Shown here in pieces: positions 24,514 to 54,200 of a stretch of 64,000 bases of DNA. The number at the start of each line of letters is the position of its first letter. The stretch's first letter is position 1. The stretch lies in contig NW_021837037.1 in NCBI RefSeq assembly GCF_006345805.1, positions 1 through 64,000 on the forward strand, in the 5' to 3' direction. This DNA comes from Octopus sinensis. Lineage: Eukaryota. The notes beneath the pieces were generated by a model, which saw only the letters and a program-made list of their open reading frames with translations, had not been told where the DNA came from and ran no database searches. A program made the position numbers and the translations under genes.

Positions 24514-25165
24514 GAGGGGGGGATGTATGTGTGTGGGTGTACGTGTGTGGGTGTGTGTATATGAGCTTAGAGCGGATATGCAATCGAGTATTATTAATAT
24601 TTTATATATATATATATATATTATATATATATATAAAGTACATTACAAATCCTCTTGGATCTTCCTTGATAGACCGTTTTGAAAGTTACTCAGCCAAACT
24701 GACGCATAATGGGAAAATACAATGAATTAAATTTTTGCTTCCCTCACTTTTTGTTTACTAAAATTCACTCAAAAGTACTCGGACGACGCGAGTCTGACAC
24801 AGAGGACATTAGCGCCATATGCAATGATGTAGGAATGAACCCGGAAACATTGGATTGGGTCGTAAACTCTTTATCACTAACAAAACCTTAGGTACACACA
24901 AAAAAGAAACAGGCACAGACAACCATACACATATGTGCAATTGTATGCGTACGTGTTGATTGGCAACATTAAGTGTTGGCAATATAAACTGCCATATTGA
25001 ATATAATATATTACCATGCAATAAACAAGAGAATATAAATCTAGTTTCCAATTTATACTTAAGCAAAAACACCTGTTTCAGCGCTTTTAACTCTTCAGAC
25101 AAAGCTGTACGTAGCAGAAACGTCAACAGCAAATATAGAGAGCTGGAAACAGAATCTTAACTACA

Positions 25166-38199
<13,034 letters not shown>

Positions 38200-40311
38200 T
38201 GGAATTCGAACATATGCACTGTGCGAGGCTATTAAATATAATAAGCTTGTAACAGTCATTTTTGCTTGTTTTGTATGGTACGTACACAAATCTTCTGTAT
38301 ATAAAGTACTTCGAAATTTTATTTTTATAATCATGTCAAGAAATATATCTATTTCGCGTCAATACTAAATCACTTTACATTTATTGTCATTGCAATATGA
38401 TGTTTATTTTCAATCTATTACTGCATTAACTCTACATTATTTGCATGGCAAAATTTGAAATCAATTGCTTTCTGACATATGTTTAATCTCAAAATGTTCG
38501 AGGACTATTCTGTTATATATTTATTTATTGAATTACATGTTTACCTCAATTTAAACATCATCATCTAAGGCGGCGAGCTGGCAGAAACGTTACCACGCCG
38601 GGCGCAATACTTAGCGGTACTTCGTCTGCTGTTAGGTTCTGAGTTCAAATTCCACCGAGTTCGACTTTGCCTTTCATCCCTTGAGGGTCGATAAATTAAG
38701 TACCAGTTACGCACTGGAGACGGTATAATTGACTTGCTGGGACTGCCTGTCATGTGACGGTCGTTTAGAAAAAGTGCGGGCTAAAACTACGCGCCTTCAC
38801 TAGTCAGTTAAGGTGAGACATTGTCACGTGACAACTTGCTGGGGCTGCCTGCTGGATCCAATGCGGCAGGTTTTTGAAGGGAAAAATTTGACAAGACAGT
38901 CAGTCACCGGCTGACACTCGCTGACGATACATCGAAGAGGCCATGGAACAGAAGAAAGAAGACATGCACCCAACACCAGAGGTGAAGACACCTCCGAAGG
39001 GGGGAGCGCCACGTCAAAACGGTAGAGGAGTAAGGGCCGAAACCGGACGTGGTTCCTCCTGATGTTGTCTTGAGCAAACAGGATCCTATAAAGGAGCTGT
39101 TGTGGTAGCAGACCACGAATCACGGTTGTAACTCCTCCATCTTCCTGTCCTTGTTTGTACCCTCTTTGTGTTTAGTACCTTGTGGGTAGTAAAGAAATAG
39201 GTATTTCGTCTGTTTTTACGTTTTGAGTTCAAATTCCGCCGAGGTCGGATTTGCATTTCATCTTTTCAGGGTCTACAAATTAAGTACCAGTTGCGTACTA
39301 GTGTCGTTCTAATCGACTGGTCCTCCCCCAAAATTTCGGGCCTTGTGCCTAGAGTAGAAAATAATTTAAACATTATCTCCTTCGAAATAGTAACCTTCCG
39401 CAACTATATAACGGCCCCATTGCTCCTCCCTCATTTGGAATTCGTCTTGCAAATAAAAGTCCGAGAACGTTAAAAGATTCGCTATATATATGTATATGTA
39501 TACATTTGGAAACATGTCAAGGTAGAAAATGCTAAAGTAATTTTATAAAAAAAGCATTTCAGTACCGGTTTCGGTCATTGGGTCTTCTTCAAATGTAAGT
39601 ATGGAAAGCAATTAATTTTTGAAAAATTAAGTGAAAAGATTATTTAAATGAATATTGCAAAGTATTCGAGAACAAGGGGCATTTTCTTTGTTTCTCCCTG
39701 CCTCTATTTCTCATGTAAATTCTTGTGGGTTCAAGGACGTTGTGAATTCTTGGCAGAGAAGAAGAAGAAGAAGAAGAAGAAGAAGGAGGAGGAGAACGAG
39801 AAGCAAAAGAATAATGCGCGACAACTATGATAGGTATCCTATTACTAACATTGTACTCCCTATTTATTCTCCTCAGAAACAAGGAAAGTTCCCCTTCTTT
39901 TTTAATAATATGCAAATATTCTCTTAAAAAAATCTTTTCGGTTAATTTTTCCGAAATATAATTTTTTACCATACTTACAGTTGAAAACGTCCCAATGACT
40001 GAAACCGGTATTGAAATGTTTTTTATAAAATTATCTTAGCATTTTCTACCTTGAAGTTTACCATATATTTCAACTCGTATGTTCTTGTTCAACCTTATAT
40101 ATATATAATGTTGATTCGCTAGCCTCTGCACGCAGTTTTTTTCTCCTCGTTTATTTCTGTATTTCTTTTCCGTGTATCTTTCTGTTGAAGAGCGTAGGCT
40201 CGAAACGTAAAAGACTTGTTTAATTTATATTCCTGAGCGCCATACAAATACAATTGTTTGTTTGTATTCCACCTGCCATCGTCTTTTGTTTATTTTCATA
40301 AAGCATCCCGT

Positions 40312-40414
<103 letters not shown>

Positions 40415-40418
40415 TATA

Positions 40419-40457
<39 letters not shown>

Positions 40458-42272
40458 GAATAAAAAAATGGAGTTAACGCAGGAGTAATCAAATATTTTT
40501 ACTTACGACACATGTTTCGAAAATACCACTAATACTATTCAAAAGAATAAATGGTATAAACAATGCAATCTTCTCCTGAGGAAAGTAAAAAAAACGAAAC
40601 TCGTCAATAATATATTTTAGCAAAAAATGATGGATTCGTATAGCGATAGACAGAACGCTATTAATATTGTTTAAAAAACGTCATATGATATAACGTCATA
40701 AGTAGCTAACAGAAACAGTAGGGATATTAATAGTGAACGTTAAATATAAAGGAAATTAAAGATTAAATTATATATAATGATAGAGACTACTTATATGCAC
40801 TAAATGTATGTTTTTGCCAATGCTTACATATGTATGCTCGCTCTATAACTGTGTTTAGTACAGTATTTTTAGAAAACATAATGAAAAATAGCTCAGAATT
40901 GCAGAGAAGACAGAATTTCTTGCCTTTGTCATATGGTATCGAAATTGAGAGAATGAACCATTCTAAATGAAGTTGTTCATTGTGGTCTTTTAAATCCCAA
41001 ATCAATTTGCTGAGACCGGTACTATTCCGTTTATTTCTATCCCTAAATGTTGAGTAATGGATAGAAATTCTTTTAGATAACTCTAACGATGTGCTTCCAA
41101 TGTAAAGTCGTACTTTATTACGAGTACTGATTATACACTGGTATATAGAATTTTTAATCTTAGAGTTACTTGACATAAACTTAATTCTGTTGGAATTGAC
41201 TTCAGATACAATAACCTTGTTATTAATATTTCTAGAGGGTTGGATGGTATTAGCTAAATTAACGTTAGTATTAGTAAATGTATTAATATTTAACAGCTTG
41301 TTATTATGAGAAGAGATAATTTGTGTTTGAAAAACCTATCCTAAACTTATGTGAATTGATTATAGAGTAATATTACATGTGTCGAAAGTAAAAATATTTG
41401 ATTACACCTGCGTTAAATCTATTTTTTTATTCATATTATACAAAATATTCAACGTAAAAACGAAGTTTCTACCTTTATAAACAAGGAGTTACAACACCTT
41501 TACTTGTGAGATTTTTACTGGCCCCTCTAAACTTCTCTTAACTCTCGACTTCCAGGGCCATTACACAGTGATCCCTCACCACGTAGAGCTGCATGCACTC
41601 CAAAATTTCCTTGACCTTCAACACAACACCTAACCCGAAACATCCTCACTCGTTCGTCTGGCCGAACTTGTCCTCCCTCTCAACCGCTTCTCGTTCGCTG
41701 GTAATTTCTACCAGCAGCTCGGTAGTGGACATTGGAATGAGAATGGACCCCAATTATTCGAACCTGTTCGTTGGTTACGTTGAGGCCCAAATATGCTCAA
41801 GTTTCACTGGCCAAACTCCCGAACTAAACGGCCCTTATATTGACGACTGTATCGGTACGAATTCACTCTTCCGCGAGCATCTAGACTCCTTCCACTCTTT
41901 TATCAAATCTTTCCATCCTACCCTCCACATCCACTGCACTATCTCTGACACCTCTGTCCCCTTGACATTTCAATGAGCATTCATTACTCCACTCACACAA
42001 CCTCCATCTACATCAAACACAGACTCACACTCACACATCAACTTCCCCTCCTCTCACACTAAACGCACCGAGCTTTTCGTCCCCTATTTCCAATTTCTCC
42101 GTCTACGCAGGCTACACCACAACCCACGATACCACACAACGCATCACATCACATCACACCACGACGCACACACTAGCACTGACCACTTCCCATCCCCACA
42201 TCTTCGAAACTACACAGACACACACGCACATGTGTATTTGTATGCATGTATGTTTACAGGCATGTATATACA

Positions 42273-42309
<37 letters not shown>

Positions 42310-45300
42310 TCGGGGTGAGTACTTGATAATTATAAGCACCTGTGTATCATGTTTATTCCTATTTTTATTTTTTTACTTTTTATTTTTTTACTTTTTACTC
42401 TTATTTTTTTACTTTTTACTTTTATTTCTATTTCTATCTTTACTTTATAACCTTATGCCTTTACATTCATTTATATTTCTTTATATTTCTTTATATTCTT
42501 TATACCCCCTTTACATCTCCTTATATCCCTTTATATCTTTATACTCTACATTTTTATATTTTTCTATACTTACACTTTTTATACATACATTTTTTTATCC
42601 CTCGTCCTGAATTCTCGCCCCTCCATCTTCACGTCTATATATGTATTTATTTATTTACATTACTTCAACATCCAATTTCCTCATTCTACATTGAGAGAAG
42701 AAGAGATGGACGCTTCAATTCTATGCTGTTGACTCATTATGTCGTACGCGAATGAGAGGATTTGCATCCCCAACCAAGAATTTTTGATGTAACACATGTC
42801 CTTGTGGAAGCTGTTGTGCGCGGCTGAAGAAGGCCACAGACATACATTATGCATTGTTATAAATCTGTCTAATAAAGGCCCGAAACATATGTACCGCTGA
42901 ATCCTTGGCATCATGTTTTTATTTTGATCAATTTACTCCACCATCTACACCACCAAACGGTATACACAGGTTCTTATAATTATCAAGTACTCACCCCGAA
43001 TTTCTATACTCAACTCACCTACGTTGTCACTATGATCTGATCCCACGTAACCGCGACAACCTTTAGTACTTGACGAACCCAAGCATGAAGATTCAAAGGA
43101 TTCACACAAACTTCTCTCCCAGGACATACCTCTCCACTCCGACAAAACTTACATGACGACCCTCATCCACCGGACCACAGACTTTATTAGAAGAATCACG
43201 TGGGCGGCTTACCATTTCGATAACCCGGGGAAAAGCAACCCCAACTCTAACCAAGAAGAAATAGCACACAGGAAGATATTTAAAAGCAGAAGATACCCAC
43301 CCTCTAACTACGCACTGGAAAATTTTGAAACAGACTTAATCGACCTCATTACCAACATCAACATTAGTAAGCATAAGACCATTTCCAACACCCACTTAAG
43401 GAGCCTTAAATATTTCCTGCATTCACTTAGGAACGATGATAGTCTTATCATACCCGCCGACAAGACTGGGAACTGGTATAGGTTAGACTACCAAACCTAC
43501 AAATCGCTCATCATGAGGGAACTTAGCAAAAAATATAAAACTACTTCTACGGATAACCTTAAGGAAATTAACTACAAAATCAAGGAAGTTATGAGCAAAT
43601 TAGACCTCCTGGACAGAACGGAACCTATCAAACCACAAGTACCCAAAATTACTATTGAAGACCATAAGAAAGACTTCCCGGATAATGTAGGAGTACGATT
43701 AATCTGTCCGACTAAATCGGATATCGGCAGACTCAGCAAGACTATCCTGGACAAGGTGATCCCACGCATCAAACCCCACATCCCACTCCAACTATGGATT
43801 AACACCGACGATGTGCTAGAATGGTTTAACACAATCACCAATAGACCCAACTACTCATTCATCCAGTTCGACATAGCTAGCTACTACGCCAGTATATCCC
43901 CCATCTTACTTAACAAATCCCTTATATTTGCCCGCAACCTTTCGCTCATAGACAGAGAAAAAATTGACATAATACTATTAGCTAGAAAAACCATAATAGA
44001 ATTCGACGGTAGACTTTGGACCAGATCCGATACCCCCGACAATTTTGATGTGGCTATGGGCTCGAGCGATTCAGCTCAGGTGACTGACTTGGTCGGGGCC
44101 TACCTGCTCAAGAAGCTTTTCTCCGAGGTACCGGATCTTCAGGGGGGTCTATACAGAGATGACGCTCTCTTCATATACCCCACCAACAATAGGAGTAAAC
44201 TAGAAAGAATTAGAAAAAGATCAGGCTTTTTTTCAAATCCTTCAATCTTAAACTAGAATTTATGACCAATACTAAAATAGTAAACTTCTTAGATGTTACG
44301 TTAGACTTGAATAAGCACCTTCACCACCCGTATAGGAAACCCGAAGAAACTACCAAATACATCCATACCTCTTCCAACCATCCACCCTGTATAATTAGCA
44401 CCACGGTCCAAGCCATCTCAGACAGGCTTACAAAACTATCCTCTAATAGAGAAATTTTCAATAATCACGCACAACACTACAACCAGGCTCTCTATAGTGC
44501 TGGGTATAACCAGAGAATATCATATGTAGACCACCCGAGAACGTCCGTCGGCCATAAAACTCCCAATTATAATCGAACTCCGCACTCAACTCACACTAGC
44601 GATAATTCTAATTTAAACTCCAAACAACGTATAGGAAATAGGCGAACTAATAGAATAGCACACAATAGTAACCCTCTCGACGAGAGCAATATAGATCCTA
44701 TTAGGAGAAATAGAAGGGATAATAGTCGATTACGCAAATATATATGGTTCAACATACCATACAACTTAGCAGGTAGGGGTACGTTATGTAAGAGAATATT
44801 CTCTATCATTTCCAACAACTTCCCACCCACCCATAAGTATAGAAGCATCTTCTCCAACAAAACCATTAGGATTTCCTACTCTACCCTGCCCAACAAGAGC
44901 TGCCTCATAGCTAAACATAACTATATTAATATTAGAACAGCTAGATCAAGAGCAAGCTATAGCGACCAACCGAACCCCCCTCATCCAGATAGTAGACAAT
45001 ATAATCAGACTGGCAGCCATATTACCCAAACAGTTAGTAATAACACCTGCCAACACAACAGAGGAAATACTACACCCATCAACAACCAGGAGGATATCAA
45101 CGCCCCCACTCGTATTGCAACACCTCCGCCTGGGATTAGCAGCACACGACCGAATAATGCAATTCAATGCAACTGCATATGTGCATCAGAGTGCCCGCTA
45201 CAGGGCGTATGTAGGGCGAAAAACGTAATATATTCATGTGAGGTGAGTACCCGTTTAACACACTCACCTACATAGGTTGCTCAACCTCCTGGAAATCCAG

Positions 45301-45743
45301 ATACTACAACCACCGGTCCTCGCTGAAGCACAGACATAAGGCTAACAGCACCTCCCTTTCTAAAAAAATTTGGGAATTAAAAGACAAATGCAGAGGCTTC
45401 AAACTCAGGTGGTCCATCATCGGATCAGCTGCACCTTATTTAAATAATAGAGCAGGATGCCAACTATGTTGCGTAGAACTCCTGAACATCTTGAAATTCA
45501 AAGACAAACACAATCTTATTAACAAAAGGTCAGAGTTCAAACCATCCTGTATACACAAACTTATTAATACTTTCAAATACTACAAAACTTAGGTTATTAT
45601 ACCAACTCTCCCATGCAATTTCCTCCCACCCGGTGCAACCTGTCGACTCCAGCACATCCCGCTTTCCTATATGTGCCTGTATGTGCGTATATGTGTGCGT
45701 ATATATATATATATATGTATGTGCACATATGTGTATGTATATG

Positions 45744-45780
<37 letters not shown>

Positions 45781-48700
45781 ATGTGTGTGGGTGTGTGTAT
45801 GTGCATATACGTTTCCCTGCATTTTCCTCCTATATATGCACATTTTGTCTCCCATATATGTCTTTTTTCCCTACATATTTTTTCTCCTACACCCATATCC
45901 TTCCTATATAGTCTCTTTATTTCCCTATATCTACACCCTTTCACATTTCTAACTCGGATGTTGAACGCACACCGCCAAGCTCCACTTATACTCCACTTCA
46001 TCTCATGTTAAACTTTAAAAGATTATATTTTTATTTTATTTTCTTTTTATTTTTACTTTTATGTTGCTTTATCCTGTTCTATTTCACTTTACCTTTATTC
46101 TCATTTTTATTTTCATCCGTTATCTTAATTCTTATAATTTTTATAATTTTTATACTTCATCTCTAACTTTTACATTATATTTCTTATTTTATATTGTATT
46201 TCTTACTTTTATTTCTAATTTTTACTCTTACCCTCATTCTTACCCCTAACTTATCGCTTTATACCTCTATATATGTCTATTTTTTTTGCTTATCCCTTAT
46301 TTACTTACCTATGGATCCGCTTTATGATTATACGAGCGTCCGTGTACGTATGTATACGTATACATATGTGTACATATGTACGAGTAAACATCTACGTCTG
46401 GATGTGCATACCCCGTATTTCTTTACATTTTTTTACATGTTTTCTTATACTCATATGTTTACACCTATTTGTATACATCTTTTAATACCTATAGCTATAC
46501 CCATATGCGCGTATGTCTCTGTGTGTGTATGTAAGTGTATATGTGCACGCACATATGAACACACAGCCATGTGTGCGTGCACGTGTGGACGTGAGTGCGT
46601 GATTCTTTACATAAGTTCTTATATACATCCTTTAATATCTTATATCTAAACCTGGAAGCGTGGGCATATGTGTATGTGTATGTAAGAATGGACGCACATA
46701 TGTATATATGGGTGTGTACACGTATAATGTCCGTGTATACATGCGGATATTCTGTTGTATGTATGTATATGTACGCGCGTGCGTGTGGGTGTATGTGTGT
46801 TTATGTACATGTTTACACGTGAGTGCGTGTGTATGCTTATAGGCTTGGAGCCGTGTATGCGCGCGTATATGTGCTCGTGTATATGGGTGTATGTATCCAT
46901 GATGGTATGTATGTACAAGATGACCAATTAATTCAAAGAACTAGATTAAACGCTCAACAGCTCTGATTTACAACACACTAGGTCCCCAGACAACTTCTAC
47001 AACTAGACTTTATCAATCTCCTGACCACCATGTTTGGTCCCTAACCTCTATACATCCCTTATCTTTATATTTCTTTATATTTTTTTACTTTTTTATCATG
47101 TTTATTCCTATTTTTATTTTGTTACTTTTTATTTTTTTACTTTTTACTCTTATTTTTTTACTTTTTACTTTTATTTCTATTTCTATCTTTACTTTATAAC
47201 CTTATGCCTTTACATTCATTTATATTTCTTTATATTCTTTATACCCCCTTTACATCTCCTTATATCCCTTTATATCTTTATACACTACATTTTTATATTT
47301 TTCTATACTTACACTTTTTATACATACATTTTTTATCCCTCGTCCTGAATTCTCGCCTCTCCATCTTCACTTCTATATATGTATTTATTTATTTACATTA
47401 CTTCAACATCCAAATTTCCTCATTCTACATTGAGAGAAGGAAGAGATGGACGCTTCAATTCTATGCTGTTGACTCATTATGTCGTACGCGAATGAGAGGA
47501 TTTGCATCCCCAACCAAGAATTTTTGATGTAACACATGTCCTTGTGGAAGCTGTTGTGCGCGGCTGAAGAAGGCCACAGACATACATTATGCATTGTTAT
47601 AAATCTGTCTAATAAAGGCCCGAAACATATGTACCGCTGAATCCTTGGCATCATGTTTTTATTTTGATCAATTTATATATATATATTTTTAACTGATGTC
47701 CACCGGCAGACCGTAGTTAAAATGTTTCCATTATTTCAAGTGCTAAGCATTTAAGGTAGCGTGGTTAACTAAGATAAAATTTCCTGGAACGTTAAAATAT
47801 TTTCAAAACACCAATCTGTGCAATCACTATCGATTCCAGGATACAGATATTTGTTGTTCATTAGTTATCAATCGATTATATCTGAGTGACATATGTATAC
47901 GTGTGAGTGTTTGAATGTGTGTGTTTGTTTGAATGTGTGTGTGTATTTTTGTGTGCATATGTGTGCATTTTTTACGCTTGCCACCACATAACAATCAGTG
48001 TTCGTGCATTTACGAACGCAAAACCCCGCAGTCAAGTGAAAGCTAAGGATATCATAAACACCAAGTTTAAAAACAAAATACAATACACTGGGAGATATTC
48101 GATCGACTAAAACTCTTCAAGTTGGTGCCTCCGGATGACAACAGCCTAATGAATGAAACAACTAAAAATTGAAAGGCGTTGCTATTATTCATTTCATTTA
48201 GAATTTGATTAAGTTATTCGCAGTAATATTAAATGCGTCAAAACTATTGAAAATATTGCAAGACGCAACGAAAATTTAAGGACAATAAAATAAGAAATAA
48301 GTAGAAAATTTAGCAGTGAGTGTTTTACATAAGAAGGCACAAAAAGAAAATGACTCTCCCCAGACACAACAGATTATTGAATGACTTTCACATTAATACT
48401 ACGCATTCTTGTGATGGTTTTGCTAACTATTTCTTGGTTTTAATAACACCAATGATAGTATCAAGAGACCTTGAAACTTTACCACAGCATTATAGGAAAT
48501 GAAATATTTCTCCATCAGGTACGTATAAAAGTCAGCAACAACAAATTTTGAGTATTCTGTACTTTTGTCTTTTCGCTAATAAAATGTGTAAGTGGACCAA
48601 AGACTGTTGGATACTTTTGTAGAGTATGGAGTCGATAATGCGGCTGTACGTATGCAAAATTGTTAGAATGTAGCTACTTTACTTACTGATGTCATTCAGA

Positions 48701-50346
48701 GGGAAACGTTTCTTTTGACCATGACGAAGAAGCTAACACAAAAGTAGACATCCCGACATACACATTCATATATATATTCATCCACACACATATATACATA
48801 CACTCACAACCAATACCGAATATAAATTCTATAATACCTACATTTCTACATAGCACCAGTTTTTCTCTGTCCTGCTTGAAACATCTATTAACATCGATAT
48901 CTTGGCTCCTGTTCCACTTGAATCGCTATACGTCTCGTACATCGCAGAGTCATTTCAGGGTAACTTTCTCTTAAATCCAGTAATTCTAATATAATATATC
49001 TCAAATATTCCTCTCTAATTTCGCTTACCATTATCGCTGCATGACACATAACCAATGTGTTCTTCCAGGTTAGCAATTACATTATATCTAGTGGTTACGT
49101 ATTTACATGTATTTATCGCGTATTCATACATCTAGTGCTTGATGTTGTTATCATTTGAAAAAGAAATGTAACTCACCTCCATCCTCTACAAGAGATTTAA
49201 CTTTATTGTTATCTGTCGCTACTGATTGTCAAACGATATTATCATTTTTAAAGTGAGACTGGCAGCAATAATTCAGTTAATATTAGACTCGTATATGAAA
49301 GCGATTGAAACTGCTAATGTGGCTATGTGTGTTTTCATATGTATATTTCAACAACCAAAATGCTGCAGTGTAACACAAAGTGTAGGATGTTGTTTAACCC
49401 AATGGTCCAGGGATAATATTAGCGGCATTCTTAATCGTAGTACTTGAAGGAATTCTGCCTTCGCAACATTTTCTGGAATATTTTCTGGACAAAACCTTTA
49501 ATGACTTAAGTATCATTGCGTTAATAAGGTAAAACAAAACTTATTTTAAAGTAGGCTGCAGACGCCATATGGCACCGAACTAAAGAGCGGTCGTCCAATT
49601 CTATTTGTACAAAGCTATTCCTAGCTGTATGTTACTTATCCAAGTCAACACACACATATATATATAAGTACACACACACATATATATGCATGCATGTGTG
49701 TGTGTATATGGCCCAGTGGTTAGGGCATTGGACTCGCGGTCAGAGGACCGCGGGGTCGATTCTCAGACCGGGCGTTGTGTGCGTTTATTGAGTGAAAACA
49801 CCTAAAAGCCCCACAGACAACGGCGGTGCATCAGCATGGCCGCAGCACTGAGCTGAAGCTAGAAAAAATATATATATGCACACACACACGTACACACACA
49901 TATGGATATATATCTATGAATATGTATATGAAGGTCTTTTTTTCGATTCTGTTTACCAAAATGCACTCAGAAAAGTTTGGTCGTGCTGATTCTAACGTAG
50001 CAAACACGAACCCTAAATGCAAAGTGGGACTGAACCCGGAAACATAGCACTGGCCAACAAGGGCATGTTCACACACAAAGTGCAAAGAAAACAAAAACCA
50101 AAAAATCAGCGCTACATGTGTGTGAAGATTTACTTCTAAATATCGACACGTTTAATTCGTGGCAAGTTAAAATACAATTTCAATCATAATATAATACCAC
50201 GTAATAAATAACGGTAGAATAGTTGTTGCTAGGTTATAATGAAACGAACATCTGTTACATGTTTTTCAAGCCTAAAGACAAACTCCTGCGTAGTACATAG
50301 AGCAACACCACGTATGTAGAAAGCTGACGAAAAGAACTAATCTACA

Positions 50347-50877
50347 ATGAAAAGAATTCTATTCATATTATCTGTAATTTGCGGTAAGGTGTTACTTCAT
50401 AAAACAGCGCTCATAAATGACGGTTCACAGACACCAGGTAGAAGCAGGCGCATGCAAATGCATACATGTGTTTATATAGGTTTGTATGCTTGATTGCATG
50501 CATATATGTATGTAGGTGTGTATGTACACACACACACACACATAGTATGCATGACTCTATGTATGTATATCTAGATAGATATATACATAGATAGACAGGT
50601 GACGTTAGCGATTTTTTTTTCTTCTTTGGACATTTCACTTTCTCCTTCCAGACGAAGAGCTATGCGCGAAACAATGTTTTCTTTGTACACGTTCTCTTGT
50701 TAATGCTTACATGTTTAAATGAATTGAATATCCGTTTGTATGTTTGAAAATTCCACACACCCTTGGCCTTGTCTCATTTTGACACATTATATTTAACACA
50801 CACATACGTATGTATGTATGTATGTATGCATGTATGCATGAATGTATGTAAATATGTAGATATATGTATTTTATACG

Positions 50878-50915
<38 letters not shown>

Positions 50916-51179
50916 GCAGAGTAAAGTAATTTATTTTATAGAAGGAGCTTCTACAGGACTAGAACTGTTTCATTCAGATGAAATCTTCAGGAAGCTGGCT
51001 GTCAAAATAAGGTCTGGTATTTATACATTTAGGCAGATTTAATGGGATTGTGGTGGGGGGCGTTTTGGGGGTAATTTGGTATTTAGGTGATAAACAGGGC
51101 ACAAGCTATTGTTCTTAGGGGAGTGGTCATATATATATATACATATACATGCACACACTCACACGCACATACACACACA

Positions 51180-51238
<59 letters not shown>

Positions 51239-54200
51239 GCTCGAGAAAGCCTTCGCATATCTCCAGAGTAGTCAATGTACTTGGATCATTACTAGAGATT
51301 TGAACTGCATCATTCGAACTATTGAGCCTCTGGAAGAGGGATACAATGCCCCAAACTGCAAAAATAAATGTGCACGCAGTGGCCCACCCTGAGTTTCGTC
51401 GGCCCGTGAAGAACGCCACCTACACCGGCACCACTTGTAGGTCCAATACTGGAGGGTAAATGAATCAGCTGGGCCGGCCCTAATGACTCACCACAGAACC
51501 ATTTGTGCAGAGGCTGTTTGACGTCCTAATAGTGGCCCCATCGCCCTAGATCATCACCAGCGGGTACGCCTGCAGTCCGTTTCAACACGTCAGAACTGGT
51601 GATCTTCGCCCTTGAGTAATCTCAGACAGTCTTTTCTGACGAATGTCGATATTGCATTTCTGTGGCAGATGGCAGTGCTAGTATTTGGAGAAGGCGTGAT
51701 TGTCATGGCGATGGCTGTGTGGTGGCGAGAGACTCGTGGGCAGGATAGAGCATCATGGTATGTGACTGGATTGAACTCAACTAGAAACTTTGACCGGTGG
51801 CCTTCCAAGACATCGGTCAAGGACGGGGCAATTAAATAGCTGTTGCTTGCTAGATTGACCAAATTTTAAGACCTCACATTTTGCCATAATTTGCCAATCA
51901 TGGGAATCACGCGTTCCAATAAGACAACGCCCGTGCCCCTACTGCTAGGCTGATAACATACCTCCTCCAACAGCATAATTTCCAGGCACTACCATGGCCT
52001 GTCCTATGTCTGGACGTGAACCACATAAAACACCTGTGGGGCGAAATCCAATGAAGGCTAAATGACATCCGTCCAACGCCGGCAACTACGGTACAAATCA
52101 CTGAAACTTTAACAGTGCCTGGGCTGTTATCCCAATGAACTACATCAATCGTTTTTGCGCATTTAGTGTACAGAGGTTGCCTGCTGGTAATCAACGCTAA
52201 CAGTGGTCACACGAGATACTGAGGTCATTTTTTTTATCCAAGACACTGCATCATCACGTGACGTCAAACATGTTTAAGGATATGGCGATTTGTCATTAGG
52301 AAAGAACCGTTTCTCTATTTCGTACGTTTATGGTATCACTTTTGTGGTTCAGTTGATATGTAATTGCATGTTTATGCCTGTACCTATGTATACGTATATG
52401 TATATGCATATATTTATATGTATATATATGTTATTATTACTGGATTGAAGTATCTTAAATTGTGGTCACTTTGAATGTTTTAATTTTAGACGCTTACCTA
52501 CCAGAAGAGTTTCAATACCTTTTTATTATTAGATCATTTTTATTCTTGTAAATGTGTTATATATTTCATAAACTTTTTCTACATTCTGCGATTTGATATA
52601 AAAGGTATCGGTTTTTAACATCCCTCCTCAAAGCCACATGCCAGATATATGAAATCTAACATAGAAGTCAATACTTTGGAAGGAATAGAGCTAATATATC
52701 CACTGGCTATATGCTCAGAACACGTAAAATATATACATTCCGTTAAATTTACAAAGGAAATTCGGCAAGATATCGTAAAAATGAATATTAAACCATAAAT
52801 GTAGCAATGGACGATCGTACAAAAAAGGATTCCAAACAAGATGAGGACAAATATCAATCAAATGTAAATAATGTAAATAATTATTACTGCGTTACCAATG
52901 AATTAGAAAATAAATTTAGTTGAATAATATGTAATTCTTAAAATTGTAGGTGCCACAGCCTCCAAAGTCTGCATGACAGTAGCCGAGAAAGAGTGCAAAT
53001 ACGCTCTGCTAACTTATCCTGTAAAGACTCCCGACATTCATTTCTGCAGGTATCTTTTTCTCCTTTTGGTACTAATATTTGTATTTCTTTTATAGTACTA
53101 TCGTTCATATTTGCAACTTCGTTTCACAAAATCAATTGTTTGTAATGTATTACACACAGAGGAACAAAAAAATGTGTTCCGCCACCAGGTGGTTAAATTT
53201 TCCATCAATCTATTCCCGAAACAAAATATTATAGCATTTGCTCGTGGTGCCCCAGCATGGCCGCGGCCTTCAGTCTAAAACATTTTAAAGGATTGTAAGT
53301 ATTTAAGACCGGATTTGAAAGATAAATTACTCGAGCCTTTGATTCAACACCCATTCATACGTTAGGATTTCGCCTGATTAAGAAGAATTCAAATAATTTC
53401 GATCATAGGCTTGCGTGTTACTTTTGTCAACTATTATTTAGATAAATGTCTTTGTATTTCTAATTAACGTTATTTCCACCACAGTAATATAAAGATGATA
53501 TTCTGATAAAAGTGAATCGCCCACAGAATTTTAACTATGGGTTGTCCGGAAAGTTTTTGCGGATTTTAAAGAAAAGCAAAAGGGCAATTACATTTTTAAT
53601 CTACTAAATATAAAACATTTTCTTGCACAATGGGTCTCCCTCTTTCCATTGACTTGAAAATACCCTCTTCCCAGAATTGAGGTTGTTTCGCGGCAAAGAA
53701 TTCATCAAGGTATCTTTTTCCGTCATCCAAGGAATTGAAATTTTTACCAGTAAGACTAGACCTGAATAAGTGGAAATCCGAAGGAGCAATATCTGGTGAA
53801 TATGGAGGTTGGGGTAACACATCCCGGCCGAGCTGCAGCAATTCTTGTCTGGTTCTCAAAGCCTCAACTGCCAGAAATGAACTTTCTTACCTTCCATTTT
53901 AAAGGGTTACAGAATTAACGCAGGTTACAGGAATATAAACCTTCTTCCACGAAAATATACCTGAAACTGTGCTCTAAATGGAGGTGTAGTCAAATCCTAT
54001 TTTATGCACTCAACCATGTTCTAAAAAAAGTCGAAATGTAAGCTACTGTAAATCGGCACGAACTTTCTGGACAACCCAATATTTCTGATATTGTAAGATG
54101 AGCCGACCGAATTGTTAGCACGCCACACCAAATGCTTAGTGGCATTTTATCCGTCTTTATGTTCCGCATTGAAATGGAGCCGGGATCGGCTTCTCCATTC